A stretch of DNA of 64,000 bases from an uncultured cyanobacterium (GTDB lineage: Bacteria; Cyanobacteriota; Cyanobacteriia; Cyanobacteriales; CAWUOF01): assembly GCA_963744145.1 (NCBI GenBank), contig CAVUSO010000001.1, positions 992,001 to 1,056,000 on the forward strand. Direction: 5' to 3'. The translations under genes were made by a program, and so were the position numbers. The stretch's first letter is position 1. Every line of letters begins with the position of its first letter. Under the pieces are notes generated by a model. That model made no database searches. It had not been told where the DNA came from and saw nothing but the letters and a program-made list of their open reading frames with translations. Below, in pieces: positions 1 to 8,896 of this stretch.

Positions 1-1
1 A

Positions 2-73
2 AAAATTGCCGCAGAATTGAGAAAAGGAGGTATTCCCCCCATCCATATTGAAAGTGATGGTACAGTATTTTAA
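2..73 (+). CDS. 3' end (partial) of URC4/urg3-family (DUF1688) protein
   Basis: Frame from base 2 reads KIAAELRKGGIPPIHIESDGTVF*. The PPxxIxSDGTVF terminus is characteristic of URC4-like proteins, which commonly precede upp. Confidence 0.7.
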   Translation, partial: KIAAELRKGGIPPIHIESDGTVF

Positions 74-100
74 ATTTATTTATTTTAGAGTTAAATTCAG

Positions 101-736
101 ATGCACCCAGCTGTAACAATCATTGATCATCCCTTAATTCAACATAAACTCACCTTAATGAGGAAAACCGAAACTAGCACAGCTAAATTTCGGACTTTAT
201 TGAAAGAAATTGGGATGCTATTAGCTTACGAAGTAACAAGAGATTTACCACTTAAATATGAGCTAATTAACACACCAATGACAGTAATGAATGCACCAGT
301 GTTAGCTTCAGAAAAGAAAATGGTAATTATTTCCATTATGAGAGCTGGACAGGGAATTGTCGATGGAATATTAGAACTGATACCTTCAGCACGAGTAGGA
401 CATATTGGGTTATATCGAGATCCAAAAACTTTAGTACCAGTGGAATATTATTTTAAAGTTCCCCATGATGTAGAAGATCGAGATTTATTAGTAGTTGATC
501 CGATGATGGCAACAGGTAACTCAGCTATTGCTGCTGTTTATCGACTGAAAGAAACTCGTCCCAAATCAATAAAATTCGTGTGTTTATTAGCAGCACCAGA
601 GGGAATTAAGCATTTTCACGAGATTCATCCCGATGTACCAGTTTATACTACTGCAATTGACGATCGCCTAGATGAACATGGGTATATTATCCCAGGTTTA
701 GGTGATGCAGGCGATCGCTTATATGGAACAAAATAA
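101..736 (+). CDS. upp: uracil phosphoribosyltransferase
   Basis: [13 protein letters not shown]-binding [11 protein letters not shown] and C-terminal [16 protein letters not shown] motifs. Confidence 0.97.
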   Translation: MHPAVTIIDHPLIQHKLTLMRKTETSTAKFRTLLKEIGMLLAYEVTRDLPLKYELINTPMTVMNAPVLASEKKMVIISIMRAGQGIVDGILELIPSARVGHIGLYRDPKTLVPVEYYFKVPHDVEDRDLLVVDPMMATGNSAIAAVYRLKETRPKSIKFVCLLAAPEGIKHFHEIHPDVPVYTTAIDDRLDEHGYIIPGLGDAGDRLYGTK

Positions 737-806
737 AGCCTGTTGGTTAGATAATAATATAGCGGATTCCACGTTAATGAAGTACAGTCAGTTATCTCGT
801 TTGGTT

Positions 807-887
807 GGGCAGGTTTATAAGTGGGACAGGCATCTTGCCTGTCCGTGATTGGTTTGGAGCAGAATTGATTGGTGAACCTGCCCCTAC
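807..887. repeat. REP-like palindrome with a nested inner hairpin
   Basis: Outer arms GGGCAGGTT...AACCTGCCC(CTAC); inner GGACAGGCA-TCT-TGCCTGTCC hairpin, a variant of which recurs at ~61680. Confidence 0.7.
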
Positions 888-971
888 AAATCCTGGTTGA
901 TTGTGATCATCAATTCATCGACTTTTTGGTAAATAATCCAATATCCTAATTGATCACCTGTAGGGTTACCG

Positions 972-1689
972 ATGAATTTACCACACACAAATAACCTTAA
1001 TAAACCCGCCCTGCTCAAAGGAGTGAAAGTCGTCATTCTTCCCCAAATCCGTTATGCCAGTGCCTTGCCCGGAATTTTGCTGAATCTCTACGGAAGTAAG
1101 GAGGTAGCAGGTGATGTCACCTGGGCTGAATTTGCCGAAGATATAGGAAACATAGAACCCGACGTACCAATTGGCCAACCCATCCTCAATGCCGAGATTT
1201 ATATCTTGGATGAAAATTTGCAGCCAGTTCTTCCATGCGAAGTAGGCGAACTCTGGGTAGGAGGTATTGTGCTAGCACGCGGATACCATAAAAAGCCAGA
1301 AGAAACTAAAGCACGATTCATCCCCAACCCGTTTTCTGGCAATGGTATTCTCTTCAAAACAGCTAGTGGCGTTTGTTGTTCCTTCTACAGTTAATGTGGA
1401 TACAATGAAACAGTATGCCCTCTTCAACCTACCTCATTACATGGTGCCAGCGAGAATCGTCGCCGTAGATGAACTGCCCTTGACTCCCAATGGTAAACTT
1501 GATCGTCAAGCCTTATCTGGCATGAGTGGGTGGAGATTTAGAGTTATCGACTCTGAAAATCTCCTTCAAACCGAAACAGAAAAGTTACTAGCAGACATTT
1601 GGCAGCAGATGTTTCTTTTGTTTCCTATTAGCAGAGATGATGATTTCTTTCCATTGATCCATACAAGAAAAAATAATGACTCGAATTAG
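972..1689 (+). pseudogene. NRPS adenylation + carrier-domain remnant with internal deletions
   Basis: A-domain motifs NLYG.KE, PIGQP, GELWVGG..LARGY, LFKT and LPLTPNGKLDR split over two frames. The PCP start TETEKLLADIW...DDDFF is cut before the GGxS serine. Confidence 0.85.
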
Positions 1690-2119
1690 ACTAATGCACG
1701 CCAAGTTACATCGAGTGCGCGTAACAGATGCAAATGTTAATTATGTAGGCAGTGTCACTATTGATAGTGAATTGATTGATCAGGTGGGAATCCTGCCTTT
1801 GCAGGAGGTGGAGATTTGGAATATTAGCAATGGCAATCGCTTGTCAACCTATGTGTTGCCCGGAGATCCTGGCAGTGGTGTTATTTGTCTCAATGGTGCA
1901 GCAGCTTATTTGTGCGCTCCCGGAGATTTTGTGATTATTGCTGCCTATGAAGAACGCGATCGCACTGAGGTATTCCGCACCGGACATGAGGCGCGGGTGG
2001 TGATTGCCGATGAACACAATCGCTGTAAACAGTTTTTCTACCAGACTTTAGCTCCCTGTCAGGGCAAACTCATATTTCACACCGAGACTAGCGAAGCACC
2101 AGCAACTACCAATAGCTAA
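1676..2119 (+). CDS. panD: aspartate 1-decarboxylase proenzyme
   Basis: [24 protein letters not shown] with the Gly-Ser autocleavage site; NGNRLSTY and NGAAA motifs. Confidence 0.95.
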   Translation: MTRIRLMHAKLHRVRVTDANVNYVGSVTIDSELIDQVGILPLQEVEIWNISNGNRLSTYVLPGDPGSGVICLNGAAAYLCAPGDFVIIAAYEERDRTEVFRTGHEARVVIADEHNRCKQFFYQTLAPCQGKLIFHTETSEAPATTNS

Positions 2120-2122
2120 ATT

Positions 2123-2323
2123 ATGCCGTTTAAACCTAACTCCCTATGCTTGAGTATAATCCTTGGTGTACTGGCTGCACTACTACCGCTATCAATAGAT
2201 ATGGGACTACCAGCATTTCCTGCCATTGGTACTTCACTAAATGCCTCTCCTGCTGCTGTAGGACTAACACTCAGTTTATTTATGGCTAGTCAATACTCTA
2301 TTAAAAGAAGAGTCTGCTACTAA
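2123..2323 (+). pseudogene. N-terminal fragment of Bcr/CflA-type MFS efflux pump
   Basis: LAALLPLSIDMGLPAFPAI...LTLSLFM matches Bcr/CflA TM1-2, then stops after 66 aa. Confidence 0.8.
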
Positions 2324-2492
2324 ACTAAATCAAGCTTACTCAATACTTTCCTCACTAGAATTGACTGAAACCGATCATACTCAACCGGATGGCGATCGCA
2401 ACTCTTAGAGAATTGGGGATCGAGCCAGGTTCAGGTTATGTGATATAATATTCTTAATTGAAAGTGCCAATTCACCAGGGAAAGGTGCAATT

Positions 2493-3038
2493 ATGACCCA
2501 AGAATTAATAGATTTAAGAACCAGTATCCTTGAGGGTCGGTATCAAGATGCTTTGCAGATCGTCGATGAATTAGATTGGATGAGTAAGAAAGGAACATTA
2601 CGCACCATTAAATCCTATTTAATGCGGTTGCTAATTCATTTGATTAAAAATCACCTTGAACAACGATTAACTAATTCTTGGGCAGCTTCGATTAGAGGTT
2701 CGGTTGTAGAAATTCTTGACTATAATCTTAAAGATAATACAACTTCTTATTACGTTAACCCGAATGAATGGGAAACCATAATTGAAGAAATTTTTGATTT
2801 GGCTGTTGGTGAAGCTAGTGCAGAAGTGATGGCAGGTGAATATACTCCTTTTGAACTCTTAGAGATCATGGATCAAAGCCAAATAATTGCCACTACAAAA
2901 GTTTTTTTAGCTTTGACCTACAATTACTCGTTAAAAGATTTACCCGCAGCGGTAGATCGGAATTTAACTGAATTGCCTGGTGGAGAAGAGTGGAAAACTG
3001 GAAAAAGCAAGAAAAATAGTACCTTCAGGTTGGGGTAA
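2493..3038 (+). CDS. DUF29-family protein (paralog A)
   Basis: LLIHLIK...SWAASI motif typical of cyanobacterial DUF29. Confidence 0.8.
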   Translation: MTQELIDLRTSILEGRYQDALQIVDELDWMSKKGTLRTIKSYLMRLLIHLIKNHLEQRLTNSWAASIRGSVVEILDYNLKDNTTSYYVNPNEWETIIEEIFDLAVGEASAEVMAGEYTPFELLEIMDQSQIIATTKVFLALTYNYSLKDLPAAVDRNLTELPGGEEWKTGKSKKNSTFRLG

Positions 3039-3053
3039 TGCTAAATCTCGATG

Positions 3054-3071
3054 CTTAACTGAACCGTATGG
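3054..3071. mobile_element. orphan MITE right terminal repeat
   Basis: CTTAACTGAACCGTATGG, 17/18 identical to the right TIR at 8148-8165. Confidence 0.7.
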
Positions 3072-3109
3072 CGATAAAATCTACTGATATTTGAGGTAAT
3101 TTTATGACC

Positions 3110-3285
3110 CCTACTCTTACTCAGTCAAAGAATTATTCTCAGTCGTTGATGAGAGTTTAGCCGCATTGCCCGGAGGTGAAGAGTGGACTATGGGCAGAAG
3201 GAAGAAAAAATAGGTCGTTCAGATTTGGGTTAGGGATGAAGAAAGACGATCAAAATTAATACCGTGGAAAACTATTAGAATTGTT
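3110..3285 (+). repeat. duplicated 3' tail of DUF29 paralog B (copy of 11184-11359)
   Basis: 176 bp near-identical to 11184-11359, including stop codon and downstream UTR. Confidence 0.9.
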
Positions 3286-3371
3286 TAATAACTTAGAAGA
3301 ACAGAAAACTCCCGGTAGTCCCTGCTTTCATGGTGCGTGCGATCGCCCACAGAAAGGAAATATCAACAGAA

Positions 3372-3394
3372 CCCTTCGACAGGCTCAGGGCAAG
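3372..3394. repeat. short dispersed repeat CCCTTCGAC-AG-GCTCAGGGCAAG
   Basis: The same unit occurs three times, nested, at 48393-48461. Confidence 0.75.
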
Positions 3395-3443
3395 TTTTGT
3401 CCAGATTTGTAGGGGCAAAGCATTTCGGCAGATCAATAATTGC

Positions 3444-4843
3444 TTATCCCTATGATTGTCACTCTAGATAAAGTATAATAGGGACAATAAGCTAAAAGTC
3501 TCATCTGATATATGGTAGAACCAAAATCAAGCCCTCAAACGATCAGCTTCATCGATGACTATTGTCAATATTATCAAAAGCTGTTTCCAGAAGTGCGAAG
3601 CTTTACAGCTTTTAAATATTTGCACATTGGGTTACTTTCGGAATTAAAACGGAAATCCTGACCAGAAATTGCGAAACTGGTTGGGTTAAAAAATTCCCAA
3701 TCATTACATCATTTTTTACAAAGCTCACCCTAGTCAGCAGAGCAATTAAAATTAGCGCGATTGCAATTAATCTTAAAAATTTTAAATGGCAGAGAAATTA
3801 CGGCGATCGTTGATGAAACAGGAGACCCAAAAAAAGGAAAAACTACAGATTATGTGAAGCGGCAATATATTAGGAACTTGGGTAAGCTAGAAAACGGAAT
3901 TGTAGCGGTAACGGTATATGGTTTAATTGATCACCTAACTATGCCTCTGACCTTTGAAGTTTATCAACCGCAAGAGCGACTAAAACCAGGAGATAAATAT
4001 AAAAGTAAACCACAACTAGCTGGTGAAATGTTAAAAGAACGACCGAAGATGGGATTTAATTTTAAATTAGTTTTAGCAGATAGTTTATCTGGTGAAAGTG
4101 CCAGTAATTTTATTAGTTTATTAGATGAATTACAGCTTAACTTTGTGATGTCAATTCGGAGTAACCACAAAGTGCTGATGGCAAAAGGCCAAAAAGTTCC
4201 CAGAAATAGATGGCGGAAATTTGAGCGAGTTTTTACCAATGGAAAAACCCAAGAACGATAGATAAGAGAAATAATTTTTGGTCAACGTCGTGGTTATCAA
4301 TATTGGCAAATTACTACAGACAAAGAGGAATTACCTCAGAATGAAACTTGGTATGTAATCACCAAATTTCCGGGGATTAAGTATGAGCAAGTTGGTCAAT
4401 TCTATGGATTAAGAACATGGGTAGAATATGGGTTAAAGCCAAGTAAAAACTCCTTGGGATGGGCAGATTTTCGGCTCACGGATGATCAGGAAATTGAAAA
4501 ATGGTGGGAATTAGTGTGTAGTGCTTATTTATTGGTGAGTCTTTATTCATCATCCTTACGATCACCGAGTGCGATGAATGAAACTAAATTTTCTGCTCAT
4601 TCCCACTGGTGTCCGCCTAATAACTGGAATAATTTGCTAAATAATTTACGTTTAATTATTCAGCCTTTTATCGGTTTTAATCTGATTAAACTTTGGTTAG
4701 ATGTTTTTCCAATTCCACAATTATCCTGGGGGTTTCCGAGACTAATTGCCCTGATGAATGAGTTTCCTAGTTGCTTAGATTTTAATGCTTTTGAGCTTGA
4801 CTTATATTTTTCCTCTGCTAGCGAGTGACAATCATAGGGATAA
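3444..4843 (+). mobile_element. IS701-family insertion sequence (inactive)
   Basis: Perfect 21-bp inverted repeats TTATCCCTATGATTGTCACTC (3444-3464) and its reverse complement (4823-4843); no TSD visible. Confidence 0.9.
3512..4828 (+). pseudogene. IS701-family transposase with three in-frame stops
   Basis: One frame from ATG 3512 with IVDETG..KKGK..DYVKRQY, VLADS and LGWADF motifs; stops at ~3659, ~3731 and ~4259. Confidence 0.9.
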
Positions 4844-5024
4844 CACACTGGACCAAATACTAGAACGCGATGATTGGACGGCTGAGGACATCGAGGACAT
4901 CAGTTATGAAGAGTTGTTCGCGAAGGTCAGCCAGATAATGGCAAAGCCCCTTTATTCGGAAAATAAAGAGGCTTATACGCTTGAGGAGTTGGACGCTCGA
5001 CAAGCTTTAGGATTTGACTGGTAG
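4844..5024 (+). pseudogene. C-terminal fragment of unknown gene abutting the IS701 right end
   Basis: Protein-like frame TLDQILERDDW...LGFDW* with no start of its own outside the IS. Confidence 0.45.
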
Positions 5025-5033
5025 AAACGAATG

Positions 5034-5060
5034 GGGGTTGAAGCTGGTAACTTCAGCCCC
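5034..5060. terminator. hairpin between convergent ORFs
   Basis: GGGGTTGAAG-7nt-CTTCAGCCCC stem (one G-U pair). Confidence 0.55.
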
Positions 5061-5119
5061 GCCCAAATTTATATAAAAGCTAAGGATGTCTGTTGCGTGT
5101 CTTGATTGCGACTTCCCGA

Positions 5120-6100
5120 CTACTTGATTGCAAAGTAACCTGGCCCGTTGAGGTCGGTAAGCAGGCCCGGCCCAGTTGGTTCCCAATCCAGTTGCTCACG
5201 CGTGCGAACGCTCGAAGACGGATTGTCGGTTGCGACGAAGGCCCCGAACCAACTAAAGGCCTTGGCCGCTTCTTCAGCCGATATGGACTCAACCGGAATG
5301 CTCAATTGACGGCCAATGATCTCGGCGATGGCACGGAAAGGGATGCCCTCATCGGCAACACCGTGATAGCGAGTTCCCGCAACACCTTTTTCGAGTGCAA
5401 GCCGGAACAGCCGCGCCACATCCCGCCGATGCACGGCTGGCCAGCGATTTTGCCCGTCGCCGATATAAGCAAAGCGGCCTCGTTTACGCGCGATGCCAAT
5501 CAGTTGGGGCACCAACCCCGTATCCCCTTCGCCGTGCACCGTCGGCGCAAGCCGAATCATCGTTGCCCGTACCCCTAACGATGCCAGCGCCTCGACATTT
5601 TCCTCCGCCTTCGCGCGTGCAAATCCAGACGAGAGGGGATCGGGTTCATCCTCTTCGGTTGCCGCCTTCACGGCACGAAATCCAACGTGAGACAGGCCCA
5701 TGGTGCCGAAGGTCGTAACCAGAGGCCGTCCCGAGCCTTTCAGGGCTGCACCAAAGGTATCAATTGCGCGCCGATCAGCTGCCGCTGCGACCGCCATGAA
5801 GCGACCGGCAATGCCAGAGGGCAATCCACCGAAGATAACACCCATGCGCTGCAAAAACGGAATCTGCGATGGGCCGTGCATGAAGGCTAGGTGGATTACC
5901 CCGTCAGCCGCTGCCGCTGCATTGAGCAGGCTCTCCATATTATCGAGGCCGCCAAGAATAGGCTGAATTCCCTTGGCAGACAATTTCTTTGCTGCCTCCT
6001 CCGTTCGCGCCAGCGCCGTCACAGTATGTCCAGCCGCCATCAGTTCTTCCGCGACTGCTGATCCAATAAAACCCGTTGCTCCCGTAACAAAGACTCGCAT
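5120..6100 (-). CDS. extended SDR / NAD-dependent epimerase-dehydratase
   Basis: MRVFVTGATGFIGS Rossmann motif; GVIHLAF; GDGQNRWPAVHRRDVARLF; markedly GC-rich. Confidence 0.92.
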   Translation of the reverse strand: MRVFVTGATGFIGSAVAEELMAAGHTVTALARTEEAAKKLSAKGIQPILGGLDNMESLLNAAAAADGVIHLAFMHGPSQIPFLQRMGVIFGGLPSGIAGRFMAVAAAADRRAIDTFGAALKGSGRPLVTTFGTMGLSHVGFRAVKAATEEDEPDPLSSGFARAKAEENVEALASLGVRATMIRLAPTVHGEGDTGLVPQLIGIARKRGRFAYIGDGQNRWPAVHRRDVARLFRLALEKGVAGTRYHGVADEGIPFRAIAEIIGRQLSIPVESISAEEAAKAFSWFGAFVATDNPSSSVRTREQLDWEPTGPGLLTDLNGPGYFAIK

Positions 6101-6242
6101 GTGACTCCTCCTTATTCTTTGCCCGACCGATTCTGGTCCGTCGCCCGACGGGCTGTTTCCTGGGCAACTGAATCCAACTCTAGACGCAGAATGCAGGACG
6201 GTCTATAATCGATAATCCGTTTTCCTTTATCGCGAGTCCAGA

Positions 6243-6295
6243 ATGGATCCGTTATCTCAAATTCTTGATCCTCTTAAAGCCGCAAGCCCCAGTTC
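6243..6295 (+). pseudogene. N-terminal stub of cupin/AraC regulator
   Basis: ATG 6243 reads MDPLSQILDPLKAASP, resembling the MDPLSDVL start of AraC regulators that typically sit divergent to this SDR class; similarity is lost after ~15 codons. Confidence 0.5.
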
Positions 6296-6550
6296 CGACT
6301 CGTCAACTAGAAAATCATCAGGGATAGTTTTGCGTCTGTCCCAAATTTGGTCGAGACCGCAATTGTAACAATCGAATCGTACAGCCATATTCAAATCAAT
6401 AGCCGAATAAGCATATAAGTCAATATAGTACAGTTACCCCAAATATCAAAACCGCAAGGCAAGAAGGTATCGGAACCAACCAAAAGTTTTACCAGTGCCA
6501 CGGAAACAATCTTTTTACCTTGGTACTCGACTGTTCTACCTGTTCAAAGA

Positions 6551-6850
6551 ATGGGAATAGTTTATGAAAAATTTGGTATTATTGGGGATAGTAGAGGTAA
6601 AGAAAATCGTTTGCGTATTTTTCTAAAACAGAGATATGATCATCAACAAGAATCTCAATCTTTTTTCAAGACTCATTCTTTTAGTAAAAATTTAAACAAT
6701 GAAAATAAAAGTGTCAGTCAATTAAAAGACCGAATAAAAGAATTATTTAAAACGCTTAATCAAAAGATTTCAGAAACTCAAAAAAGACGCAGAGTCCTAT
6801 CTCAATACCACAATCCGGGATGCAGTAATTACAGTTCCAGCTTATTTTGA
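6551..6850 (+). CDS. hypothetical protein fragment running into the Hsp70 remnant
   Basis: AT-rich ORF; its 3' part overlaps Hsp70-like sequence in another frame. Confidence 0.35.
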   Translation: MGIVYEKFGIIGDSRGKENRLRIFLKQRYDHQQESQSFFKTHSFSKNLNNENKSVSQLKDRIKELFKTLNQKISETQKRRRVLSQYHNPGCSNYSSSLF

Positions 6851-7993
6851 TGATCGAAAAAGAATGGCGACTAAGACCGCAGGAGAACTGGCAGGACTAA
6901 ATGTACTTCAAATTATTAACGAGCCTACTGCCGCAGCGATAGAGTTTACTGCTAGCCATACAGTAGAAAACAAAACTATACTTGTTTATGATTTAGGATG
7001 TGCTACATTTGATGTCACTATTATGAAAGTTAATGGTAAAAAAATCGATGTAATTGCTACTTGTGGTGACCATCAACTCGGTGGGAAAGATATTGATGAT
7101 CGTATCATAGCTTACTTTCAGGAGGAATTTCAAAAAACAACTGGATTCGATCCTTTAAATTCTCGGGCTGGTCAAGAAAGACTCCGTAATGAAGCAGAAG
7201 CAAGTAAAAAAAGACTATCTTCCTCTACCAATACAAGGATTAGTCTTGATGTAGAAGGTCGTCAAGCAAACTTTAAAATTAATCAAACCAAATTTGATGA
7301 CCTAATTGATGACTTGATTGTGCGTACTGAAATGAATATTGAGTTAGTTTTAGAGAATGCTAATTTAACTATTCAAAAAATTGATGATGTTCTTTTAGTA
7401 GGAGGTTCAAGTCGAATCCCAGCCGTGAGCAAGCTGTTAAAAAAATATTCGGTAAAGAACCACTAAAAACGGTTAATCCTGACGAAGTAGTAGCCCAGGG
7501 TGCAGCGATCTTAGCACAAAGTTTAGCAATTGAATCTGGTCAAGCAATTCCTGCTCCCAATACAACTTTACCGAAATTTTCTGATGTTTGTTCTCACAGT
7601 TTGGGAGTTGTGAGCCTAAATGAATATGGTGTACCTGAAAACTCAGTAATTATCGCCAAAAATAGTAAGATTCCCTGCACCTATTCACAAAGCTATGGTA
7701 CTGTTCGAGATAATCAGAATACAGTTAATATTCAAATTTTGCAAGGAGATGCTAAAGATCCAGAAGATTGTGGACAGTTAGGAAATGCCCTGATAGAAAA
7801 TATTCCTCCTTCACCACAAGGTTCAGAAGTGGAAATTACTTTTGCCTATGATGCAAATGGTATTCTTAATGTGACTGAAATCTTTGTCCCTACTGGTCAG
7901 AAAATAGTTACAACAATTCAAGTTCAAGAAACCATGTCTCCTGAAGCTACTCAAAAAAGTAAAAAAGATATTAATGATATCAATATTGAGTAG
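6783..7993 (+). pseudogene. Hsp70/DnaK-like protein, 5'-truncated and frameshifted
   Basis: DAVITVPAYF, INEPTAAA, VYDLGCATFDVT, LVGGSSRIP and NPDEVVAQGAA motifs; one base missing in the A7 run at 7439-7445; N-terminal GIDLGT lobe absent. Confidence 0.88.
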
Positions 7994-8029
7994 TCTAACA
8001 ATAGAGCATAAATTTAGCATGATATAATC

Positions 8030-8165
8030 CAACACGGTTCAGTTAAGAATATTTTTGAAGATTCTCAGCAGAAGAAGGGTAAAGCATTCGGATCTAATAT
8101 TACTGGTTTGAGCGCTCAATTGTCGCTAAACATGCTTTACCCCTACACTTAACTGAACCGTATTG
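8030..8165. mobile_element. MITE (136 bp) with 18-bp TIRs
   Basis: CAACACGGTTCAGTTAAG ... CTTAACTGAACCGTATTG; internal sequence shared with 48319-48522. Confidence 0.85.
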
Positions 8166-8896
8166 TACTACAAGCTAGTTATTTAATTTCGATTTCTTCC
8201 ACGGATTGCCAGTTCACTTTTACCTCGTGCGGCTGTAATTAGCACACCCCAATTAAGCAAAGCTACCATAAGAAATAACATATTTTGACAAAATTGGATT
8301 TAATTCAAACAAAATTTGCTCTGCTGATATTTTTTCATTAAATAACGCTGATGCCAGGATTGTAACCCATTAATTAAATCCATAGATGATAGAGATAAAC
8401 ACTGAGATTAGACGGGTATTTTGATTTGTTAATTATTGGGATAGGGTTTGTAGTTCTGCGGTGCGATCGCAACTCTTAGAGAATTGGGGATCGAGCCAGG
8501 TTCACCTTATGTGATATTATATTCTTAATTGAAAGTGCCAATTCACCAGGGAAAGGTACAATTATGACCCAAGAATTAATAGATTTAAGAACCAGTATCC
8601 TTGATGGTCGGTATCAAGATGCTTTGGTAATTATAGATGAGTTAGAAGGAATGAGTAAACAAGCTATCCTCCGTAACATCCAATCTTTTTTACTCAGAAT
8701 TCTGATTCATTTAATTAAAAATCAAGGAGAACAACGCTTAACTAATTCTTGGGTTGCCTCAATTCGAGATTCTATTCGTCAAATTAAAAAACTCAACCTT
8801 CAAGATCATAAAACTTCCTATTACGTTCAATCGGACGAATGGCAATCACTCCTTGATGATGAATTTGATGAAGCTATTTATCAAGCTAGTTTAGAA

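Noticed and set aside
5080-6167. Many overlapping ORFs around the SDR gene
   Set aside because: A by-product of high GC giving few stops; no motifs; they overlap a clear SDR.
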